DNA of 32,000 nt from positions 598,866 to 630,865 of the forward strand of contig JACKFV010000001.1 in assembly GCA_020632335.1 (NCBI GenBank), read 5' to 3'. A model generated the notes under the pieces. The model had not been told where the DNA came from. It was given only the letters and a program-made list of their open reading frames with translations, and ran no database searches. This document shows, piece after piece, positions 23,922 to 31,720 of this stretch (position 1 is its first letter; every line of letters begins with the position of its first letter). Origin of the DNA: Candidatus Saccharimonadota bacterium. Lineage in GTDB: Bacteria > Patescibacteriota > Gracilibacteria > UBA4473. Position numbers and translations under genes: made by a program.

Positions 23922-23946
23922 AAAAAAAGCCCCAGGGGGACTTTTT
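23922..23946 (-). terminator. weak terminator-like hairpin after the RRM gene
   Basis: The minus strand reads AGTCCCCCTGGGGCT followed by T7. The stem is short and imperfect. Confidence 0.35.
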
Positions 23947-23965
23947 CTACTCCGGAGGAGACTGC

Positions 23966-24352
23966 CTAGAAGGAAGTAAAGTCCTCGCTATCAGCGCCGT
24001 CTTCTACCACTATGGTGGGCTCAGAGGCGTCTGTGAAGGCTGCTGGCGCTGGTGCTGCTGGCCGAGAAAACTCGCCCTCGGGGCGTTCTTCCTTTGGCGT
24101 GGCATACTCTATCTTCAGGTAACGGGTGCCAAAGGGCTTGCCGTCGAACATCTCCTTGGCCTGCGTGGCGTCGGCTATGGAACCCATAGTCACAAAACCA
24201 AAGCCCTTAGACCGCATAGAGTGCCGGTCTCGGATAATGTCTACCTCTACCACCAGACCCGCCGGGGAGAAATACTGAGAAATCGCCTCAGGAGTGGTCT
24301 TCCACGGGAGGCCGCTGACGTACAGCTTCGAACTGGGTTGCTTTTCTGTCAT
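23966..24352 (-). CDS. RRM-type RNA-binding protein with acidic C-terminal tail
   Basis: RNP2 is LYVSGL and RNP1 is KGFGFVTM. Confidence 0.88.
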   Translation of the reverse strand: MTEKQPSSKLYVSGLPWKTTPEAISQYFSPAGLVVEVDIIRDRHSMRSKGFGFVTMGSIADATQAKEMFDGKPFGTRYLKIEYATPKEERPEGEFSRPAAPAPAAFTDASEPTIVVEDGADSEDFTSF

Positions 24353-24597
24353 GCACTTTATGGGGTTAGGAATACAAAAAGCTCCCCCAGCATACCCCAG
24401 TACTGCAAAAGCGCAAGCCAGAGCCCCCTTGACAATATACAGCAGTATGGTGTAGGGTAGCGCTGGAGGCTATTTCACATCGTGGGAGTATAGCGGTGCT
24501 GCAGGGCAGTTGCCCCTACACCGCCCTCGCCAAGAGTGCACACCTCCACAATGGATATATAATTTCATAACTATCATTTAAACAACAATAAAAAATC

Positions 24598-26013
24598 ATG
24601 AACAAAGCAATTATTTTGGCAGCCCTCGCGCTGCTCTTTTGCGGTACTACCGCCTGGGCACAAACCAAAGCCAGCTGCCCCTACACAGCAGAGTCCGAGG
24701 TGGCGCTGAAGAAACACTGGAGTCCTGCAGAACAAGACTCTCTTCGGAAGCTTATTCTGGAGAATACTCCACCAGCGCAACTACCGAGTAACCCACGGGT
24801 AGAGCTCTACTCCATAGAGCTCGACACAACCAGTTCTGGGCAACAAATTATAGGTAGTATTACCTACAACATTACTTTCTCTGTGAAGGGAAAATCGGGA
24901 AAAAAGGGTGTACGTCCTTGCTCGGTGATGACCATCACAGAAGCAGGAGGCGTAGCAACGGTTATGGGCATTGAGCCCTACCGTGAGCAAGTGGACGGGA
25001 AAGACACGAGCATGCAGGACCCTATAGTGGACGCTGCTCCTCCGCCACCACCACCGGTAGACAGTATCAAGCTCGACCTCGAGCAGATGCTGAACGGCAG
25101 AGTAAAGCTCCACTACGAAGATACCTGGATAAATCGTGATACCACCCTGGTATGGCAAGAACTAGAGGCTGCCAATGCTTATGCTGCTGCTAATGCGGCT
25201 TACCAAGCTGATTCAGCACGGTACTACCGCCAAGTCCAGGCATACCAGGACTCCCTCAGGAGGGACTCTCTCGGGAGAGCTACTGATGGGAGGGTATACT
25301 GGTACACCCTAGGAGGAGCACTCCTCTACCAGGAGAGCTCGTCTTTAGGCGAAGGCTATGGTATGCACCTCTCTGTTTTTCGGAATGACATCGCTTTTAG
25401 TTTCTCAGGAAGGTACTTTCAGCACCAATTCCACAGCAGCCAGCTGTCGGTTATCGGGCAGGATACTACCTATCTTATCCAACACACGTTCGATGAGATA
25501 GGCATGCCCTACGACTCGGTATACATCGACGAAATCCGTGATGTATACCAACGAGAAGATCTGCACGCGAGAGCCCACTTTATTCCCATTAACCTGGGGA
25601 TAGAATGGAAGCCATTTTTTGGCATTTATCGGAAGATATTTGCTGAAAAATTTGACGAGACTATGGGCCTGGGAGGTATGCTGCCCCTCGGCAAGCGCTT
25701 TGGCATTGTGCCAGAGTTTACCGTGGGGGCTGAGGTTCAGGCGCTCTTGCACCTGGGGCCCTCAGCGGCGAAAGACCCGTTTTCGGTCTACGTCAGCGGA
25801 GCCATCACCACCGGCGGGGGCTTCACCCTCCATCACCGCAAGGGCTGGTATATTGGCCTGCATGCCCGGAATCCTGTCAAAACCTGGGGGACGGAGAAAC
25901 CCGTCCAGATCAGGGTCCAGACCTCCGACGAGGCAACCCACACGGAGCAGTACTTTGGGCAGAAGGAATTCTACCAACGGGCAATGCTTACCCTGGGCTG
26001 GCGGATACGATAA
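24598..26013 (+). CDS. exported protein, possible outer-membrane beta-barrel in the C-terminal half
   Basis: Signal peptide MNKAIILAALALLFCGTTAWA/QT. Proline linker AAPPPPPPVDS. The C-terminal half has alternating-pattern strands (YWYTLGGALLYQ, YGMHLSVFRNDIAFSFSGRYF) and ends MLTLGWRIR. GC content is lower than the backbone. Confidence 0.6.
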   Translation: MNKAIILAALALLFCGTTAWAQTKASCPYTAESEVALKKHWSPAEQDSLRKLILENTPPAQLPSNPRVELYSIELDTTSSGQQIIGSITYNITFSVKGKSGKKGVRPCSVMTITEAGGVATVMGIEPYREQVDGKDTSMQDPIVDAAPPPPPPVDSIKLDLEQMLNGRVKLHYEDTWINRDTTLVWQELEAANAYAAANAAYQADSARYYRQVQAYQDSLRRDSLGRATDGRVYWYTLGGALLYQESSSLGEGYGMHLSVFRNDIAFSFSGRYFQHQFHSSQLSVIGQDTTYLIQHTFDEIGMPYDSVYIDEIRDVYQREDLHARAHFIPINLGIEWKPFFGIYRKIFAEKFDETMGLGGMLPLGKRFGIVPEFTVGAEVQALLHLGPSAAKDPFSVYVSGAITTGGGFTLHHRKGWYIGLHARNPVKTWGTEKPVQIRVQTSDEATHTEQYFGQKEFYQRAMLTLGWRIR

Positions 26014-26038
26014 TATCCCTACTATCCATTGTAATTTT

Positions 26039-26092
26039 ATAACCGTATACATCTCCCACATGAGTGTTAGAGAGATATACGGTTATTTTTTT
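26039..26092 (+). terminator. strong rho-independent terminator after the 24598 gene (T-run overlaps the ogt stop)
   Basis: Perfect 11-bp stem ATAACCGTATA (26039-26049) / TATACGGTTAT (26076-26086), followed by T7. Confidence 0.75.
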
Positions 26093-26364
26093 GTGAGGTG
26101 CACGCCCTCCTCGGCCAGGAGTGCCCGCTTCACCTCTGGGCCACCACTGCCCGTGCGCACGCCGTTGTAGCCGCCTATGGTGCCGTCTGCTCGCACTACC
26201 CGGTGGCAGGGCAGCGTTGGGTCGGTATTCTGCGCCATGATCCTCCCCACCGCTCGCGCTGCCTGGGGGTTGCCTGCCAGCGCCGCCACCTGCCCATAGG
26301 TCAGGGTGCTGCCCTCGGGTATCTGCCGGACGATGGCCTGCACACGGTGGCTGAAGCGCTGCAT
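26083..26364 (-). CDS. ogt: methylated-DNA--protein-cysteine methyltransferase, single (C-terminal DNA-binding/active-site) domain
   Basis: 93 aa. TYGQVAALAGNPQAARAVGRIMAQN is followed by the active-site motif PCHRVV. No N-terminal domain. Confidence 0.8.
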   Translation of the reverse strand: MQRFSHRVQAIVRQIPEGSTLTYGQVAALAGNPQAARAVGRIMAQNTDPTLPCHRVVRADGTIGGYNGVRTGSGGPEVKRALLAEEGVHLTKK

Positions 26365-26396
26365 ACCCCGAGTCTAGCTATTTTCTCCCTCTGCAC

Positions 26397-26425
26397 AATA
26401 AAACCCCCCCCACGGCGGAGGGGGT
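26397..26425 (-). terminator. rho-independent terminator closing the tail-fibre-like operon
   Basis: The minus strand reads CCCCCTCcgccgtGGGGGGG followed by TTTTATTG. It lies 24 nt downstream of the stop at 26449. Confidence 0.6.
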
Positions 26426-26448
26426 CTTCTCCAGCTGGCTCTACCCTA

Positions 26449-26634
26449 CTAGAGTGCAGAGAGCATCTCCTTAACCCTGGCGATGAGAAACTCGCGCATG
26501 CTAGTCCTGGTGCGGTAGCGGCCGATGATATCCTTAAACGCTACGCCGCGCCAGTGCAGGTACGCTCGCAGCAGGGCCATAGCCTCGGGCTTGGTCTTGA
26601 GGTAGTCGCGGGCGGGGGTGTCAGTGGAGGTCAT
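26449..26634 (-). CDS. small basic protein (61 aa), last gene of the fibre operon
   Basis: It fills the gap between the fibre-gene stop (26659) and the terminator and is preceded by a 24-nt C/T-only tract. The sequence LLRAYLHWRGVAFKDIIGRYRTRTSMREFLIARVKEML is helical and basic. No family recognised. Confidence 0.5.
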   Translation of the reverse strand: MTSTDTPARDYLKTKPEAMALLRAYLHWRGVAFKDIIGRYRTRTSMREFLIARVKEMLSAL

Positions 26635-26658
26635 GAGAGAGGAGAAAAAGAGAAGTTA

Positions 26659-28350
26659 CTAGCGCAGTTGCTCGGCCAGGTGCTGCACCGCACGGAGGGT
26701 GAGCGTCCAGAGCTGGGGGTAGTCTACAGCGAGTGTCGTCCCATCAGCAGAGCGCTTCACGGCCTCGGGCAGCACTGCTTGTTCGTCCTCGGCCATCACT
26801 CCATAGTGCGCTCGGGGGGTAGCGTCGGGCTCATAGGCCTTCTCCCAGTAGTAGCGCTGCACGGGCAGTTGTAGCACCTTCTCCAGCGCCTGCTTGCCGC
26901 TTAGGGGCTCTGCATCACGCTTGCGCACACTGTGGGAGGGGGTCAGGTAAGCGCTGGCCAGCACGTTGCCGCCGGCTACCTCTATCTTCTCGCTGGGGGT
27001 GGAGGTGTCTACCCCTAGGCGATAGTTCCCCAGCCCCAGCACATTGGCCTGGCTGTAGGTGGTGGGCACGTCCCCGAGGGCAAAGACATTCGGCGCGGTG
27101 ACGGTCTGGTCTATCCCCATGGCCACGCTATAGTCACTGCTGACGGTATTTCGCAGCCCCATAGCCACGGCCTGGCTCCCCGCAGCAGTGCAGTCCTGCC
27201 CCTGCGCTAAGGACTGTGGCCCACTGGCCGTACAGCCATTCCCCAGCGCTACGGCCTGCTGGTGACTGGCGGTATTATTCACCCCTTGCGCCAAGGACTG
27301 GTCACCACTGGCGGTGGTGCCATTCCCCCCGGCTAGTGCCTGGGGCCCGCTAGCGACGGTGTCCTTCCCCAGGGCGATGGCCTGGTCTCCCCCAGCGGTG
27401 CACTGGTTCCCCATAGCTAAAGACTGCGCTCCGCTACTGCTGGCCTGGTAGCCATGCGCGAGCGACTGGTCACCGCCCGCCGTGCTGCCATTCCCCAGCG
27501 CTACTGACTGCGCCCCAGTGGCATAGGTGCCATACCCATGGGTGAGCGACTCATTGCCCTGAGCGTTGGTGGCGTTGCCGTAGGCCGTACTGCTGGCTCC
27601 ACTGGCGGTGAGGTTGGTGCCTATGGCGGTAGCATTCCACCCCGTGGCCAGGGAGCCGCTCCCCACCGCGCTGGTGCTGGCCCCCATGGCCACCGCTCGC
27701 ATACCCGCAGCGCTGCTCAGCTGCCCCGTGGCAAAAGCCCCCACACCGCTGGCCACGCACTGCTGTCCACTGCTGAGGCTGTAGCTGCCGCTGGCGGTGG
27801 TGTCCTTCCCACAGGCAAAGGAGTGGGATCCCACATTGGGGGCATTCCACTGCGCGGCGGAGACTTCTCCGGCTCGGAGGGCTCTCTTGGAGGGATCCCA
27901 CGCAAAGACCGTCCCCGCGTCACTCCGAACGGTGAGGGGGCTGTCGGCGCCATTTTCGCTCAGCAGGCCGCCCCCTGCCGTACCGCCCGTGCCCACATGC
28001 AGCGCCACCAGCGGGCTGAGCACCCCCACCCCTACCGCGCCATTATGCGCTATGCTGCCGGAGTAGTCCGCAGGGGTATGCGGGTAGCCGCTATTACCCG
28101 CGGGGCTGCCGGCTTGCTTCCAGTCTTGGTCTTCCGCGCGGGTGAAGATCAGCCAGCCCTCGGCGTTATACCAGCTATAGGTGCCGTCGCCGTTGGAGAG
28201 GTACTTCCCGCTATTGACGTCCCAGGTTACGGTGGAGCCATCAGCGTTCTCGGCCGTGTAGCTGCCGTCATCATTATCCCGCACCTCGGCCCCCTGCTGG
28301 AGGAGCGTAAGCGAGACATCTGCCGGAGGGCGGTGGTCAGTGTGGGGCAT
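26659..28350 (-). CDS. tail-fibre-like protein: YadA/Hep_Hag-type 14-residue repeats plus C-terminal peptidase-S74 intramolecular chaperone domain
   Basis: Neck motif NGAVGVGVLSPLVALHVGTGG. Residues ~175-425 are about 18 degenerate repeats of the S-x-A-x-G-x-x-[ST]-x-A-S-G type. The C-terminal part TPSHSVRKRDAEPLSGKQALEKVLQLPVQRYYW...HYGVMAEDEQAVLPEAV...VDYPQLWTLTLRAVQHLAEQL matches the endosialidase-type chaperone domain, with Ser472 and Lys477 spaced as in the Ser-Lys dyad. Confidence 0.75.
   Translation of the reverse strand: MPHTDHRPPADVSLTLLQQGAEVRDNDDGSYTAENADGSTVTWDVNSGKYLSNGDGTYSWYNAEGWLIFTRAEDQDWKQAGSPAGNSGYPHTPADYSGSIAHNGAVGVGVLSPLVALHVGTGGTAGGGLLSENGADSPLTVRSDAGTVFAWDPSKRALRAGEVSAAQWNAPNVGSHSFACGKDTTASGSYSLSSGQQCVASGVGAFATGQLSSAAGMRAVAMGASTSAVGSGSLATGWNATAIGTNLTASGASSTAYGNATNAQGNESLTHGYGTYATGAQSVALGNGSTAGGDQSLAHGYQASSSGAQSLAMGNQCTAGGDQAIALGKDTVASGPQALAGGNGTTASGDQSLAQGVNNTASHQQAVALGNGCTASGPQSLAQGQDCTAAGSQAVAMGLRNTVSSDYSVAMGIDQTVTAPNVFALGDVPTTYSQANVLGLGNYRLGVDTSTPSEKIEVAGGNVLASAYLTPSHSVRKRDAEPLSGKQALEKVLQLPVQRYYWEKAYEPDATPRAHYGVMAEDEQAVLPEAVKRSADGTTLAVDYPQLWTLTLRAVQHLAEQLR
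27076..27828 (-). repeat. in-frame 42-bp-period coding repeats (Hep_Hag-like) inside the fibre gene
   Basis: Examples are GAQSVALGNGSTAG, GDQSLAHGYQASSS, GAQSLAMGNQCTAG, GDQAIALGKDTVAS, GPQALAGGNGTTAS and GDQSLAQGVNNTAS. Confidence 0.8.
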
Positions 28351-28370
28351 AGGAGGGAGGGTAAGAGAGA

Positions 28371-28556
28371 CTAGAACGGGAGCGTGGTGCGCTGCTCTAG
28401 TGCGGTGCTGAGCTGGCGTAGCAGGTCTCCGGCCTCTACCGTCAGCAGGGTGTAGAGGCGGTCTTGCAGCGCGAATTGCTCCTCCAGCGAGAGGGAATCC
28501 TCAGCGGTGATGGCCTGTTCGAGCGTCTGCAGAGCGGTAATAAAGGGAGTGATCAT
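28371..28556 (-). CDS. small acidic helical protein (61 aa) in the fibre operon
   Basis: It exactly fills the gap between the genes at 28562 and 28350. The N-terminus MITPFITALQTLEQ echoes the N-terminus of the upstream 459-aa protein. Confidence 0.5.
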   Translation of the reverse strand: MITPFITALQTLEQAITAEDSLSLEEQFALQDRLYTLLTVEAGDLLRQLSTALEQRTTLPF

Positions 28557-28561
28557 AGGGG

Positions 28562-29941
28562 TTAGATAAAGGAAGACGTGAAGCTATCTCGTGCTTTGCC
28601 GGTGTTATTCGCCGTGAGGGTCTGTGCATGGGGGCCCAGGCCATAGCAGCCCGAGACGCTGTAGTCCCCCGCACGGAGGATAAACCCCGCACTGGTCGTC
28701 ACCTGCAGGGCGCTGGTGTTGCCATACTGCTGCTGCGAGCTCCCGCTCAGCACGGCGTAGTAGACCTGCCCGGTGGTCATGCCCGTGATGGTCAGCGCAC
28801 TGCGATCCGCCACCTGGCTATAGGCTAGTGGCCTGAGGCTACAGTCTGTTGCGCGGAGGATACCGCCGCTCATCACCTGCACGCCGTAGTGGGCGAGGTC
28901 TGCGCGGATATGCAGCACCGAGCCGTAACTCCCATAGTGGCTATAGTAGAGGCGTGGGCTGGAGTCCAGCAGTTGCACCCGGGCTAAGTCTTGCACGCTG
29001 CTGTAGTAGAGGCGTGGGCTGGAGCTACCGCTGAGGACCACCTCCCCCTGCCCCCCCACCGTGCTGTAGTAGAGCAGCGCTGCGCCACTGGTGTCGCTCG
29101 CGCATCGTCCACGGCCGAGCAAACTCATGCCCTGGAGCGTCAGCGTGCCGGTGCCCGTGTGGGAGAGAAGGCTCTGCCCCTGCAGGCTGCTACTGCGGAG
29201 AAGGAGCGCCCCGGTGCGCACGCTCACACTGCTCTGCTCGCCCAGGGTGCTGTACTGCACTGTCAGCTGGCCGTTACTCGTGGCGGTCAGCATCGCCCCG
29301 GCAGAGATCACCGTGTGCTCTACCCGGGGGCTGAGCTGCCCCGTGAGCACTACCCGAGCGTTGGTCGTCACCTCCACCGCGGTGAACTGCCCGCCCTGCA
29401 CGCTACTGAGCAGACACTGGGCCTGACTGGTTATCTGCACCTCATAGAAAGAAGCGGTGCAGTTGCGGGTATCTAGCAGCGCGCCATCACGCACGCTCAC
29501 CCGGTGGTAGGCCCCGGCGGTGCCCTGGTCTGCGTACCAGCGGGCGCCGGCCACCACGCACTCGGTATAGCGGCTGTCCCCCCAGGGGAAGGCATCTACC
29601 TCATCTCCCACTGCGCCGGAGGCAGCATTGCCCCGGTCATCTCGTAGCGCAGTCAGGCGGTTGCTGGTCAGGTCATAGCTGCCCTGCCAGGGCGTGGTAC
29701 TGTGGGCCGTCAGCACGGTGGCCTCGGGGCCCATGGTGCTCTCGGTCAGGGCTCGCATACCTATAAGCGACAGCCCGGGCGTCCCGCGGGCGTAGTCCGT
29801 CACCCAGTACTGGCAGCCAGGGGTGAGCGCTCCTTGGTCTCGTAGCGAGAGGACCTCCGCCCATGGCAGTGCATGTGAGGCCATGGTGCAGGGCTCCAGA
29901 GCAGCGGTAGTGGTAATGAAAGGGGTGTATTGCAGGCTCAT
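28562..29941 (-). CDS. beta-helix-like repeat protein (tail-spike/fibre-like)
   Basis: 459 aa with no signal peptide. After residue ~150 there are ~20-residue turns of similar pattern (ARVVLTGQLSPRVEHTVISAGAMLTATSNGQLTVQYSTLGEQSSVSVRTGALLLRSSSLQG...). SPRLYYS occurs twice, 20 aa apart. Confidence 0.55.
   Translation of the reverse strand: MSLQYTPFITTTAALEPCTMASHALPWAEVLSLRDQGALTPGCQYWVTDYARGTPGLSLIGMRALTESTMGPEATVLTAHSTTPWQGSYDLTSNRLTALRDDRGNAASGAVGDEVDAFPWGDSRYTECVVAGARWYADQGTAGAYHRVSVRDGALLDTRNCTASFYEVQITSQAQCLLSSVQGGQFTAVEVTTNARVVLTGQLSPRVEHTVISAGAMLTATSNGQLTVQYSTLGEQSSVSVRTGALLLRSSSLQGQSLLSHTGTGTLTLQGMSLLGRGRCASDTSGAALLYYSTVGGQGEVVLSGSSSPRLYYSSVQDLARVQLLDSSPRLYYSHYGSYGSVLHIRADLAHYGVQVMSGGILRATDCSLRPLAYSQVADRSALTITGMTTGQVYYAVLSGSSQQQYGNTSALQVTTSAGFILRAGDYSVSGCYGLGPHAQTLTANNTGKARDSFTSSFI
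28941..29024 (-). repeat. 24-bp direct repeat (1 mismatch) 60 bp apart inside the beta-helix gene
   Basis: ct[a/g]tagtagaggcgtgggctggag occurs at 28941-28964 and 29001-29024. Both copies encode SSPRLYYS. Confidence 0.85.
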
Positions 29942-29953
29942 GAGGGGAGGGGA

Positions 29954-31609
29954 TTACCGAGGAGATACCGCCCCAATGACGTAGTGCACGCTGAGGGTCA
30001 GCGCGTTATCCCCCTGGGGTGGGGTGGGGCTCTCTCGGCGGCTCAGTGCGCGGAATGCCGCTATCTCTTCTCCATAGAGGATGATCTCCGTCCAGCGGCC
30101 GGCCTCATGCCCGGTGCTGGCGGTGGCGTCGTTATACGGGGTGAAGGCTGGCAGTTGCACCCCATCTGCTGTGTAGTTCATGCTGTGGTCTATGAGCATC
30201 TGTGCCTCGGCTACGCTCTCGCTTACGTTGGGGTCGGTGGTGTCGCCCTTGGCCCGGAGCAGCAGGTCCTTGGCGGGCCGCACCTGCACATGCGCATGGC
30301 TGCAGTGGTAGCCCGGTGGCGGGGTGAGCGCGCTGGGGGTGAGGGCATCTACCACGGCGACCTCATAGCTCACCGTGCGGGTCTCGGTATCGGGCAGGGT
30401 GTCGGTCAGCAGTGGCGCGCTGCTCAGCGGTATCATCTGCCCCGTGCTGCGGTTCTCCCACTGCTCGTACACCAGCACGCCGCTAGTGGTCATGGCCTGG
30501 GCATAGCGCAGCAGGTCACCGATGCGGTATTCGGGCGTATTGGCCGTGGTGGCTCCTCCTGCCCAGTAGTAGCGATCCTCTGTAGTGGTGATAAGCCCAC
30601 TGCCGGTACCACAGGGCTGCACGATGTACTGCGGGGTATAGGGCGTGAGGCCGTCCAGCAGGGTGTCGGTCACGGTGAGGGGGCTCCCGTTCTCCACCAC
30701 CAGGTGCCGGAGGAAGGGCGTGCGCAGGCCAGTGGCGGGGTCACTATCACACAGTGGGAGGACGCTATAGTGCTGCTCTGCAGTGCCGCAGGGGGCGAGG
30801 TCTGCCATGCTGGGCGCCGCGGAGAGCACCGCTCCGGTGGTGACGTTGTACCACACCCGGCTCATCAGCGTGCCATCGGTGGTACTCCAGAAGCTCAGTA
30901 GCTGCACCGTCTCCCCCATGGCGTAGCCCGTGCCACTGGCGATGGCGGTATAGCACTCGGTGGTGGGGGCTGACTGCGTGATGTCCTCCGTGAAGAGCGT
31001 GGTGGTGGCGGTCTGGTCTGCACCGGTGATGGGGTCTGTGTAAGTGATGCTGAGCGTGCCAGAGACCTCGTCGTACACGGCCTCCCGCAAGATGCTATTG
31101 CCGTTCTGGTCATACCCCAGGGCAAAGGCGTAGTCGGTCTGTGGGGTGGGGGCTGGGGGTACTTCGCTCAGCGGCATGGCGCTCAGGCCGGTGGTGATGC
31201 CCTCCTCGTCACTTACCTGCGCGTGAAATGTCGTGGCGGAGAGTGCCCGCAGCTGCACCTGGGTGAGGGAGGCCACGTTCACCGTACAGAGCTCACTGAG
31301 GGTCACCCCATAGCTCACCCAGAGCGCGTCTGGGTTTGGCGTCACGTAGTGCGTCCCGCTGAGGCTGGGTACCGTCTGGTACTGGTTTACGCCGCTGGGG
31401 TCTACCTGCTGGTAGGGGTAGTTGCTCACCAGTACCTCCACGCTGCCGGTGGGGGCTTGCAGGCTCAGCATATTCAGCGCCTGTACGTCTAAGATGCACT
31501 GCTCGCCCGTGGCCATCTCTACCCAGTAGTTGTCCCTCCCGCTACGAGCAAAAGCCCCGGGGTGATCTGCAGAGCTGAGTGGCCGACGCTGGTGGTAGAG
31601 GTCAAACAT
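29954..31609 (-). CDS. first gene of the fibre operon; large modular protein of unknown family
   Basis: 551 aa with no signal peptide. It has recurring modules with W/Y-x-N-x-x-T-G-like turns (WYNVTTGAVLSAAP, WENRSTGQMIPLSSAP, YTDPITGADQTAT). Two modules end in PCGT. A 12-nt C/T-only junction links it to the next gene. Confidence 0.55.
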   Translation of the reverse strand: MFDLYHQRRPLSSADHPGAFARSGRDNYWVEMATGEQCILDVQALNMLSLQAPTGSVEVLVSNYPYQQVDPSGVNQYQTVPSLSGTHYVTPNPDALWVSYGVTLSELCTVNVASLTQVQLRALSATTFHAQVSDEEGITTGLSAMPLSEVPPAPTPQTDYAFALGYDQNGNSILREAVYDEVSGTLSITYTDPITGADQTATTTLFTEDITQSAPTTECYTAIASGTGYAMGETVQLLSFWSTTDGTLMSRVWYNVTTGAVLSAAPSMADLAPCGTAEQHYSVLPLCDSDPATGLRTPFLRHLVVENGSPLTVTDTLLDGLTPYTPQYIVQPCGTGSGLITTTEDRYYWAGGATTANTPEYRIGDLLRYAQAMTTSGVLVYEQWENRSTGQMIPLSSAPLLTDTLPDTETRTVSYEVAVVDALTPSALTPPPGYHCSHAHVQVRPAKDLLLRAKGDTTDPNVSESVAEAQMLIDHSMNYTADGVQLPAFTPYNDATASTGHEAGRWTEIILYGEEIAAFRALSRRESPTPPQGDNALTLSVHYVIGAVSPR

Positions 31610-31720
31610 GCGGGGAGGAAAACGCCTGCAGTATACCGTGCCGGAGCGCGCGCCTTGCCTATCCCCATCAGTATCCTCCTCCTACCACCATGCCCCGCGG
31701 GAGCGTTTGAGAGAAAAAAG

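Noticed and set aside
29930-30901. 323-aa plus-strand ORF, with similar long antisense ORFs at 27538-28374, 23642-24460, 8382-9056, 12208-12915, 10301-10903 and 13641-14165
   Set aside because: All lie antisense to better-supported genes and have Arg/Gly/Ala-rich low-information sequence. High GC suppresses stop codons in non-coding frames.
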